Source: Lachnospiraceae bacterium (lineage in GTDB: Bacteria; Bacillota; Clostridia; Lachnospirales; Lachnospiraceae). From it: a stretch of DNA of 64,000 nt. Position numbers and translations under genes: made by a program. Shown one piece after another: positions 1 through 7,795 of the stretch. The notes under the pieces were generated by a model. That model was not told the origin of the DNA, searched no databases, and was given only the letters and a program-made list of their open reading frames with translations. Each line of letters starts with the position of its first letter. Positions within the stretch are counted from its first letter, which is position 1. The stretch spans positions 28,531 to 92,530 of the forward strand of contig JAFQLS010000057.1 in assembly GCA_017396555.1 (NCBI GenBank). Reading direction: 5' to 3'.

Positions 1-404
1 GCCGCCATATCTTCCATAAGGTCAGTTATTGGGTCACCTTTTGACTGCATAAATGCTGCGGTATAAGGAACACCGGCAGCGGCCTGAGGATAGATGCCAA
101 GAGTATGATCTACAAAATATTTATCAAATCCTGAATCAATTACTTCCTGAGTGCATGCGCCATCAGTTAATTGGTAAACTAAGGCGCCTACAAGTTCGAG
201 ATGCGCTAGTTCTTCAGTTCCTATATCGTTTAAAAGTCCTGCCACTTTTTTGTTTGGCATCGCGTATTTCTGTGATAAATATCTAAGTGATGCGCCAAGC
301 TCGCCGTCAGGTCCACCATACTGACTAATAATAATTTGTGCGGCTTTAAGATTTCTTTTCTTGATGTTTAAAGGGTATTGTAATCTTTTTTCATAACTCC
401 ACAT
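1..404 (-). CDS. cotJC: Spore coat protein CotJC (Mn-catalase-like), partial: 3' end lies beyond window start
   Basis: Reverse-strand ATG at 402-404 overlaps the cotJB stop (TAATG). Translation MWSYEKRLQYPLNIKKRNLKAAQIIISQYGGPDGELGASLRYLSQKY...GTEELAHLE is typical of CotJC. The ORF runs off the window edge and is not in the ORF track. Confidence 0.85.
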   Translation of the reverse strand, partial: MWSYEKRLQYPLNIKKRNLKAAQIIISQYGGPDGELGASLRYLSQKYAMPNKKVAGLLNDIGTEELAHLELVGALVYQLTDGACTQEVIDSGFDKYFVDHTLGIYPQAAAGVPYTAAFMQSKGDPITDLMEDMA

Positions 405-670
405 TATCTCACCTCCCAAGGTAATGGACGTTCGTTCCAGTTCCAATAATTATTAGGATACACATCATATGAGCAGATAGGACCAAATTTTGCATTATGC
501 TCATCAAGGGCAGCATTTCTGATTTCTCTATTCTTTTCATAATATTTTAATGCCTCGCAGTCATCCGGATGAGTGTCTAGGTAGAGACGGGTATCATCCA
601 TTGCAAAGCTTGCTAAAGTAATAATGTGCATCAAATGCTGTTGCTCATTCATACATGTCATATTTTTCAT
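404..670 (-). CDS. cotJB: Spore coat protein CotJB
   Basis: 88-aa ORF containing ASFAMDDTRLYLDTHPDD...ALKYY, the CotJB family pattern. It sits between cotJA and cotJC with 3-4 nt overlaps at both ends. Confidence 0.85.
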   Translation of the reverse strand: MKNMTCMNEQQHLMHIITLASFAMDDTRLYLDTHPDDCEALKYYEKNREIRNAALDEHNAKFGPICSYDVYPNNYWNWNERPLPWEVR

Positions 671-825
671 TTATAAAATCTCCTTCCCATATACGGTTTG
701 TTAAGGTCAGGGAAAATAGTTCCTACACGGAAACCTTTTTCGATATCATATATTTCGTGCCAATGTTGCCATGGGACATAAGCCATACCAATAGGCATAT
801 GATTATGATTTATATTATTTTTCAT
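667..825 (-). CDS. cotJA: Spore coat-associated protein CotJA (52 aa, below ORF-track cutoff)
   Basis: Reverse-strand ATG at 823-825 lies 5 nt after GGAGG (rc of 831-835). Stop TGA at 667-669 overlaps the cotJB ATG. The translation MKNNINHNHMPIGMAYVPWQHWHEIYDIEKGFRVGTIFPDLNKPYMGRRFYK has the AYVPWQ...GTIFP.L..P CotJA signature. Confidence 0.8.
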   Translation of the reverse strand: MKNNINHNHMPIGMAYVPWQHWHEIYDIEKGFRVGTIFPDLNKPYMGRRFYK

Positions 826-928
826 ATTTGCCTCCAAAAATATTTTGTAATATATAATATGAGATAGAAGATAAAAAGGTTCTATGCTATAATTTGTATT
901 AAGGATATAAAAAAAGGAGGCGGATGAA

Positions 929-2404
929 ATGAAGAAGCTGCTATTTGTTATTTGTATGCTAAGTGCTTTTTGTCTTATAAGTTTTAATTCATATGCTGAG
1001 CCGGTGTCGGATGCAAGTGGTAAATGGGAATACGTTGAATTTGAAAATGGTTCTGTAGCAATACATAGTTACTTGGGAAATGATACTAAAATATTGATTC
1101 CGTCTAAAATAGATGATAAAAATGTTGTTGCAATAGAGGATGGAGCATTTATTTCCGGGGCAGGAATTACGCAGATAACAATTCCTGCGGAAATTATTAA
1201 TATAGAAGAAGGCGCTTTTTTCGGATGTATTTCACTTGAGAATTTTGTGGTATCTTCATCAAATCCAAATTATATTTCTTCAAATGGTGTACTTATGGAC
1301 AAGTCAAAGACGAAAATATTATGTATGCCGGCAAACAGGATTGGAACATTCACCATACCAAAGACGGTTAAACATATAAGTACAAAAGCATTTGCGTATT
1401 CAAGATTGTCGCAGATAAATATTTCGCAGCAGGTAAATTATATAGGCGATTATGCGTTTATGTATTGCGTTAATTTAAGAGAAATTACAGTGCCTTCTAA
1501 CGTGACTGAAATAAATGAGGGAGCCTTTTCTTGTTGTTACAATCTTAAAAATGTAACTATATCGGAGGGTGTGAAGGTAATTGGTGAATATGCTTTTCTG
1601 TGTGAAAAGGGGACAAGTAGTCTTGAGAAAGTTTTTATTCCTAAATCTGTAGAAAATATCAGCGAATTTGCATTTGAGGATTGTGATAAGTTGGTTATCA
1701 ATGGTGAAAATGCTTCTGTCGCAAAGGATTATGCAGAGTACAAAGGGATTAGATTTGAGGTATTAAAAACAGATAACGAGGATACTGATAAAAGTACTGT
1801 TGATAAAGATGCGACACAGAACGATAAGCCGGCAGTAAGTCAAAATATAAAGCTTAAGAAAGTGACTAACCTAAAACAGAAAGCATCATATAGTACGAAC
1901 TCTATATCTGTGAAATGGGATGCGCTAACAGGTACGACCGGTTATGAGGTATATAGGGCAGGTAGAAAAAATGGTAAATATGTCCGTGTAGCAACAGCTA
2001 AGGGTAGTAGTTTTAAGAATAATAAATTGAAAGCCGGTAAGACCTATTATTACAAGGTTCGTGCATATAAGCTTGTGAATGATAAAAAAGTATATGGAAG
2101 TTTTTCAAATATAGTACCAATGGGAACTAAGACTTCTAAACCAATTATCAAAGTAAAAGCATTGAAAAATCAGGCGAAAATTACATGGAAGAAAGTAAGT
2201 GGAGCTAATGGATATGAAATATATATGTCAACGAAGAAATCGGGGAAATATAAGAAAATAAAAACCGTTACATCTAAACAGACAACATTTACGAAGAAGA
2301 AGCTGATTAATGGAAAGAAATATTACTTTAAGATTAGAACCTACAGGAAGATTAATGAAAAGAAAATATATTCAGCTTGGAGTAAGGTGGCTGTCAAAAA
2401 ATAA
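929..2404 (+). CDS. Secreted surface protein: BspA-type leucine-rich repeats plus two Fn3-like domains
   Basis: Signal peptide MKKLLFVICMLSAFCLISFNSYA. Repeated I(P/S)xxVxxIxxxAFxxCxxL units (LRR_5 style). Two repeats of the form W..v.ga.GYE(V/I)Y...k.GKY......(T/S)....KL..GK.YY(Y/F)K(V/I)R.Y. GGAGG lies 9 nt upstream of the ATG. Confidence 0.8.
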   Translation: MKKLLFVICMLSAFCLISFNSYAEPVSDASGKWEYVEFENGSVAIHSYLGNDTKILIPSKIDDKNVVAIEDGAFISGAGITQITIPAEIINIEEGAFFGCISLENFVVSSSNPNYISSNGVLMDKSKTKILCMPANRIGTFTIPKTVKHISTKAFAYSRLSQINISQQVNYIGDYAFMYCVNLREITVPSNVTEINEGAFSCCYNLKNVTISEGVKVIGEYAFLCEKGTSSLEKVFIPKSVENISEFAFEDCDKLVINGENASVAKDYAEYKGIRFEVLKTDNEDTDKSTVDKDATQNDKPAVSQNIKLKKVTNLKQKASYSTNSISVKWDALTGTTGYEVYRAGRKNGKYVRVATAKGSSFKNNKLKAGKTYYYKVRAYKLVNDKKVYGSFSNIVPMGTKTSKPIIKVKALKNQAKITWKKVSGANGYEIYMSTKKSGKYKKIKTVTSKQTTFTKKKLINGKKYYFKIRTYRKINEKKIYSAWSKVAVKK

Positions 2405-2433
2405 TGTACCATTTAATTTTATTGTGATATAAT
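2405..2433 (+). promoter_or_regulatory. Candidate sigma-A promoter (extended -10 TGaTATAAT, weak -35) for the 2477-10294 operon
   Basis: TATAAT at 2428-2433 is preceded by TGa at 2425-2427. The -35 region TGTACC (2405-2410) is weak. Confidence 0.4.
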
Positions 2434-2476
2434 TAAATGATTCTAACGATAAAAACGTTTATGAACGGAGGTTACT

Positions 2477-3535
2477 ATGGGATTTGATGATGTCGTAATT
2501 GTTGTACCATCGCTCAATCCTGATGAAGCACTTGTAGAGGTTGTTAAGTCAGTGGCAGATGCAGGCATAGATAGAATTGTAGTAATAGATGATGGAAGTG
2601 ATGAAAGTCACAAAGAACCTTTTAAGATGTCTGAGAGCTTGGGTGCAAAAGTCATTGTACATGAAGTGAATATGGGTAAGGGTAAGGCACTTAAAACTGC
2701 ATTTGAATATATTCTTAATACATACAAAGATGTTACAGGGGTTATTACAGTAGATGGTGATAATCAGCATAGAATTAAGGATATAATAAAATGCATTGAC
2801 AAACATAGAGAAATGCCGGATTATATGGTGCTTGGCTGCAGAGATTTTAGTAAACCTGATGTGCCGCCAAGAAGTAAGTTTGGAAATAATCTGACAAGAC
2901 GGGTTTTCAGATTTACCTGCGGACTTAAAATATCAGATACTCAGACAGGGCTTAGATGTATTCCGTTTAAGTATCTTGAAGATATGCTTGAGGTAGATGG
3001 AAACAGATATGAGTATGAGACGAATATGCTTCTTAGTATGAAGGATTATTCGATTCCATACACAGAAGTTGAGATTGATACCATATACATAGAAGAAAAC
3101 GCGTCTTCACATTTTAATCCAATCAAGGATTCTATAAGGATTTATAAAGTTATTTTTAAGTTTTTATTAAGTTCTATATGGGCGTCGATAGTAGATATTG
3201 TAATGTTTGCATTGATGTGCTATATTTTGAGTGGCAGTTTTGAGAAAGAAACATACATATTGATTGCCACAGTAGGTGCAAGAGTAATTTCATCGTTATG
3301 CAACTATATAATAAATCATAAGATAGTATTTAGGTCTAAAGGGAAGGTTGCGCATACGATTTTGAAGTACTACATATTATGTGTATGCCAGATGGCAGTG
3401 TCGTATGCACTGGTCTGCTCGTTATCAATTTTGCTAAATGTAGGAGGGATTTTACTGGTTCTTCTTAAAGCGGTCATAGACACAATATTATTTTTTATAA
3501 GCTTTAGAATACAAAAAATGTGGGTGTTCAAATAA
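2477..3535 (+). CDS. Family-2 glycosyltransferase fused to a GtrA-like membrane domain
   Basis: The N-terminus (VVPSLNPDE...VIDDGSD...DGDNQH) is GT-A/GT2-like. The C-terminal ~130 aa has 4 TM helices with the GtrA-like motif (NYIINHKIVF). GGAGG SD present. Confidence 0.8.
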   Translation: MGFDDVVIVVPSLNPDEALVEVVKSVADAGIDRIVVIDDGSDESHKEPFKMSESLGAKVIVHEVNMGKGKALKTAFEYILNTYKDVTGVITVDGDNQHRIKDIIKCIDKHREMPDYMVLGCRDFSKPDVPPRSKFGNNLTRRVFRFTCGLKISDTQTGLRCIPFKYLEDMLEVDGNRYEYETNMLLSMKDYSIPYTEVEIDTIYIEENASSHFNPIKDSIRIYKVIFKFLLSSIWASIVDIVMFALMCYILSGSFEKETYILIATVGARVISSLCNYIINHKIVFRSKGKVAHTILKYYILCVCQMAVSYALVCSLSILLNVGGILLVLLKAVIDTILFFISFRIQKMWVFK

Positions 3536-3547
3536 TGCATCACAGAA

Positions 3548-4651
3548 ATGAGGAAAATAATGGAAGATAACAATAAGAAAGTAAGGAAGGTTATTCGCAA
3601 GAAAAAATCTTCTGGAAAAGGAAAAAAAGCAAAGACAATTATTGGAAGAACATTAACCTTTATCTTTGTTACCTTGTTAATATTGGTAATAGGATTCTAT
3701 GGTGTCATGTGGATTTTAGTAAATGGTCCATCAAAGAGAGCAAAAGAATTATTTGTAATTTCGGTTAATGAGACAAGTGCAGTTGGTTGGTTTGCGAATC
3801 TTTATTTGTCAGAGGAAGAAATTAACGAAATTATTGAAGGAAATAAGGTTGTTTATTCTGATGAAGAAACAGATACATCGCTTATTAAGGTAGATAAGCC
3901 GTCGGAAGATGATAAGGATTCAGATGAAAAGGATGAATCGGAGGATAAGTCAGAGACCACGGAAGATATAGAGGTTGTTGATATAACCGGACCTACATAC
4001 AGAGGAAAAATGATGATTATTAAAGATCCTTCAAGAGTAATTGTTGGTGTTAAGGGCGAATTTGATGGCACTAGAGGAAAGACAGTTAAAGATATTGTAG
4101 CTGCATATGGTGCCGTTGGAGGAACTAATGGCGGCGAATTTGAAGACCCACAGGGAATGGGACATGGAGAATATCCAATCGGTCTTGTTATGTCTGAGGG
4201 TAAGCATGTGTATGGTAGTCTTGATACAAAGTATCCTTTAATTATCGGTCTTGATAAAAATAATATTTTAAGATTAGAGTCTATGACAGGACAGGAAGCT
4301 ATAGATGCAGGTATTAGAGATAGTGTGTGCTTTGGTGCAGGACCTGTATTAATTAAAAATGGACAACCATCAGAGGTACTTGGAAGCAGTAGTGGTCTTA
4401 ATCCAAGAACGGCTATCGGACAGAGAGCAGATGGTGCAATTTTGTTATTAGTAGTAGATGGTCGTCAGGCAAGTAGCCTTGGTGCAACATTTGAAGACCT
4501 TATCAGTATTATGATGGAATATGAAGCTGTTAATGCGGCAAATCTCGACGGAGGAACTTCATCAAATATGGTTTACAATGGTGAAATCATTACAAATTGT
4601 TCTTCGTTATACGGAACTCGTGAATTGCCAACAGCTATTCTTGTTAAATAG
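3548..4651 (+). CDS. Phosphodiester glycosidase (NAGPA/DUF2233-like) family protein, N-terminally membrane anchored
   Basis: TM anchor and acidic linker, followed by PRTAIGQRADGAILLLVVDGRQ...NLDGGTSS, typical of the phosphodiester glycosidase family. An alternative start ATG at 3560 has a better SD (GAGGA at 3550-3554). Confidence 0.7.
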   Translation: MRKIMEDNNKKVRKVIRKKKSSGKGKKAKTIIGRTLTFIFVTLLILVIGFYGVMWILVNGPSKRAKELFVISVNETSAVGWFANLYLSEEEINEIIEGNKVVYSDEETDTSLIKVDKPSEDDKDSDEKDESEDKSETTEDIEVVDITGPTYRGKMMIIKDPSRVIVGVKGEFDGTRGKTVKDIVAAYGAVGGTNGGEFEDPQGMGHGEYPIGLVMSEGKHVYGSLDTKYPLIIGLDKNNILRLESMTGQEAIDAGIRDSVCFGAGPVLIKNGQPSEVLGSSSGLNPRTAIGQRADGAILLLVVDGRQASSLGATFEDLISIMMEYEAVNAANLDGGTSSNMVYNGEIITNCSSLYGTRELPTAILVK

Positions 4652-4665
4652 TGGGAGGTAAGAAG

Positions 4666-5766
4666 ATGTTTAAGAGTAAATTTGGAAAATTTATGTTAGT
4701 ATATATAGCCATTTTATCGGCTTCTATAGTATTTATCTGGTGCAAATTATGGGATATTGTTGACCAATATGAAAAGGAACTTCCGGAGTATAGAATGGAA
4801 GAATATCTTGATGAATTTACAGAAGAAAAATATATGGCTCTTGTTCTTGAAAATAGTGATATTCAGGTAAGCGATTTTGAAGACAGAGGAAGCATTATTG
4901 ATGAATATGGTAATATTTCGATAGATATGGATAAATTATCATATAAGAAAAAAGCAGGAAAATATACAAACACAACACCGGTGTATAGTCTTATGTCTGA
5001 TGGAAAAGAAGCTATGGTTGTATATTTTAAGGAAAATAAAGATGGCAAAGGTACAGGTAAGTGGGACTTGGATAAAGAAGAGGTTCAGGGTATAGAACTT
5101 AAAGGTACAGAAAGTATTACGGTATCGGCACCTGAAAATAGCAAGGTGTATGTTAATGATGTAGTCCTTACAGAGGAATATGTAACCGGTACAACAGAGG
5201 AAGCAGAACTTCTAAAAAATGTTGAGAAGTACATTGAAAATATTCCACAGATGAAGATATATACAGTTGAAGGTTTATATAAGGAACCGGCTGTTAAGGT
5301 TGTGGATGCAGACGGAAATGAGATGGAACCAACTGAAGGTGATAATGTATATTCGTATGGTTTCCAGGCGTCAGAAAATTTTGCAAGTGAAAATGAGGCA
5401 TGGATAATAGATATGATTAACGCATATGCTCTTTACTTATCAAATGATGGACCATTTGGAGACTTAACTCCATATCTGTATCCTGATAATTCTCAAGAAG
5501 GATTAAAGCTTAAGCTATCTACTATTGGTGTAACATGGTATACAGATCATAATGATACATCCCTTGCGGACCAAAAGGTAGGAGAGTTTAAGCAGTATGG
5601 TGAAAATTGCTTTTCGTGTATAGCGACATTTAAGCAGACAATCTATGGTGTGGGATTTAGGGAAGGCAATGATGTTGTGAATGACAACAAGCTTATTTGT
5701 ATATTTGTAAAGGATGAATCAGGTCAGTGGAAGTGGGCTGGTATGAATACATTAGAAATTGATTAG
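4666..5766 (+). CDS. Hypothetical membrane-anchored protein
   Basis: The long ORF in the track starts at GTG 4651. ATG 4666 lies 8 nt after GGGAGG (4652-4657). One N-terminal TM helix; no recognisable motif. Confidence 0.65.
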   Translation: MFKSKFGKFMLVYIAILSASIVFIWCKLWDIVDQYEKELPEYRMEEYLDEFTEEKYMALVLENSDIQVSDFEDRGSIIDEYGNISIDMDKLSYKKKAGKYTNTTPVYSLMSDGKEAMVVYFKENKDGKGTGKWDLDKEEVQGIELKGTESITVSAPENSKVYVNDVVLTEEYVTGTTEEAELLKNVEKYIENIPQMKIYTVEGLYKEPAVKVVDADGNEMEPTEGDNVYSYGFQASENFASENEAWIIDMINAYALYLSNDGPFGDLTPYLYPDNSQEGLKLKLSTIGVTWYTDHNDTSLADQKVGEFKQYGENCFSCIATFKQTIYGVGFREGNDVVNDNKLICIFVKDESGQWKWAGMNTLEID

Positions 5767-5781
5767 TGATTGGAGAATAAA

Positions 5782-6717
5782 ATGACTGGAGTAGAAATAA
5801 GCAAAAAAATAATAGCTGAGGTATCGAAAGTTATAGTAGGTAAGGATGAAGTGATTCGTCAGGTAATGACTGCAATACTGGCAAACGGAAATATTCTTAT
5901 AGAGGATATTCCGGGAGTTGGTAAGACTACACTTGCTGTAGCATTTTCAAAGGCAATGTGCCTTCAATATAATAGAGTACAGTTTACCCCTGATGTAATG
6001 CCGTCGGATGTAACGGGATTTTCTATGTATAATAAACAGACGAATGAGTTTGAATACAAACAGGGAGCAATTATGTGTAATATGTTCCTTGCTGATGAGA
6101 TTAATAGAACTTCATCAAAGACGCAGTCGGCATTATTGGAAGCTATGGAAGAACATAAGGTAACTGTAGATGGAGAAACAAGAGAGATTACTGCTCCGTT
6201 TACTGTAATAGCTACCCAGAATCCTGTTGGTTCAGTAGGTACACATATGTTGCCGGAATCACAGATGGATAGATTTTTATTTAAGCTTTCAATGGGTTAT
6301 CCTTCTATTGAAAATGAAATTAATATGCTTAAGAGCAAGCATGCGACTGTTCCTATGGATAGTATACAACCTGTAATCACAGCGGAAATATTATGTAAGA
6401 TGCAACAGGAAGTAGAAACGATATTTGTGCATGACAGTATTTATGAATACATTGCAACCATAGTGGCATATACAAGGCAGATGGATGATGTCGAGCTTGG
6501 AATTAGTCCAAGAGGAAGCGTTGCTATAACAAATGCTGCAAAGGCAACTGCTTATATGGCTGGAAGAGACTATGTTATACCGGATGATGTGAAGTCCATT
6601 ATTTATCCGGTTGCACGGCATAGAATTGTTCTTAGCACAAAGGCAAAAATGAATAGAGTTACAGTAGATGATGTTATAGAAAATGTTCTTTCGCATATAG
6701 TGGTTGAAAAGAAATAA
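5782..6717 (+). CDS. MoxR-family AAA+ ATPase
   Basis: Walker A is PGVGKTT and Walker B is FLADEINR; ATQNP and the MoxR C-terminal lid are present. The track start 5770 is TTG; ATG 5782 follows a GGAG SD. Confidence 0.9.
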   Translation: MTGVEISKKIIAEVSKVIVGKDEVIRQVMTAILANGNILIEDIPGVGKTTLAVAFSKAMCLQYNRVQFTPDVMPSDVTGFSMYNKQTNEFEYKQGAIMCNMFLADEINRTSSKTQSALLEAMEEHKVTVDGETREITAPFTVIATQNPVGSVGTHMLPESQMDRFLFKLSMGYPSIENEINMLKSKHATVPMDSIQPVITAEILCKMQQEVETIFVHDSIYEYIATIVAYTRQMDDVELGISPRGSVAITNAAKATAYMAGRDYVIPDDVKSIIYPVARHRIVLSTKAKMNRVTVDDVIENVLSHIVVEKK

Positions 6718-6728
6718 ATGAGGGAATT

Positions 6729-7793
6729 ATGGCAATAAGAAGAATAATGTACATTATATTTCTTTTGGCAACAATATGGATATTCATAGTATACGTTGAT
6801 TATTCCGCATTGCAGTTGTTTGTTTCTATGATAATTATACCTGCTATATTAGATATTATGGCATTTATAGCTTCAAGAAATGTTATAGCAGGATTGGAAC
6901 TAAAGGATATATATGTGGTAAAGAAAAAGTCGGTTCAATTAATAGTTAAGGTTGCCAATCCTTCGATATTACCATTTATTGGAGCTATGGTTGAAATAGA
7001 AATGAAGGATGGATTTGGTGGTAATACTGTAAATAAAAAGCTTAAGTTGAACATTTCTGATAGAGAGATAAACAAATTTTATCTCGATATGACGCCTGAG
7101 TATTGTGGACGAATTGATATTTCTATTAAGAAATTTAAATTATATGATTTTACCGGGATATGGTCTTTTAAAGGAAAAATAGACAAAATGGTACAGTTAT
7201 ATGTTTTGCCTTTGAATAATGAAGAGCAGATAAATGTTATTCCAAGAAATAATGAGTACATTGAGGAACCGGTAAAATTTTCAGATAACGAGCCGGGGGA
7301 TGATTGTAGTCAGGTGTTTGATATAAGAGAGTTCAGAGAAGGAGACAGACTTCAGAGAATCCACTGGCAGCTTTCGGCAAAAAAGGATGAAACATATGTT
7401 AAAGAGTTTAGTATGCCGATAGATGCTTCGGCTGAGATTTTGCTGGAATTAGCCTTTAGTTCTAATAATGAAGTTTTGCGAAATGTGGATGCCATTATTG
7501 AAAAGGCATATGGTTTGTCAGTTGCCTTTCTTGAACAGGAAATATATCATTATATAAGCTGGTACGATTGTAAGCGTGGTGAAATTGTCAGACGTGATGT
7601 GACGAGTGCAGATGATATATGGAATATTTTATATGAGATATATCATACATCGCTTTATGAAGATGTTGCGGCTCTCCAACTCTATGATGGCATAAGCTAC
7701 GGTAATGGTGTGTATTTGTTTTATATAACGACTGATGAGAATACTGTGGTTAAATATGAACCGCATAAGATATATGTTGTGGGTGAAATATAA
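6729..7793 (+). CDS. DUF58 domain protein (MoxR partner)
   Basis: Two N-terminal TM helices, then DIREFREGDRLQRIHWQLSAKKDETYVKEF, the DUF58 core motif. Immediately follows MoxR. Confidence 0.8.
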   Translation: MAIRRIMYIIFLLATIWIFIVYVDYSALQLFVSMIIIPAILDIMAFIASRNVIAGLELKDIYVVKKKSVQLIVKVANPSILPFIGAMVEIEMKDGFGGNTVNKKLKLNISDREINKFYLDMTPEYCGRIDISIKKFKLYDFTGIWSFKGKIDKMVQLYVLPLNNEEQINVIPRNNEYIEEPVKFSDNEPGDDCSQVFDIREFREGDRLQRIHWQLSAKKDETYVKEFSMPIDASAEILLELAFSSNNEVLRNVDAIIEKAYGLSVAFLEQEIYHYISWYDCKRGEIVRRDVTSADDIWNILYEIYHTSLYEDVAALQLYDGISYGNGVYLFYITTDENTVVKYEPHKIYVVGEI

Positions 7794-7795
7794 TT

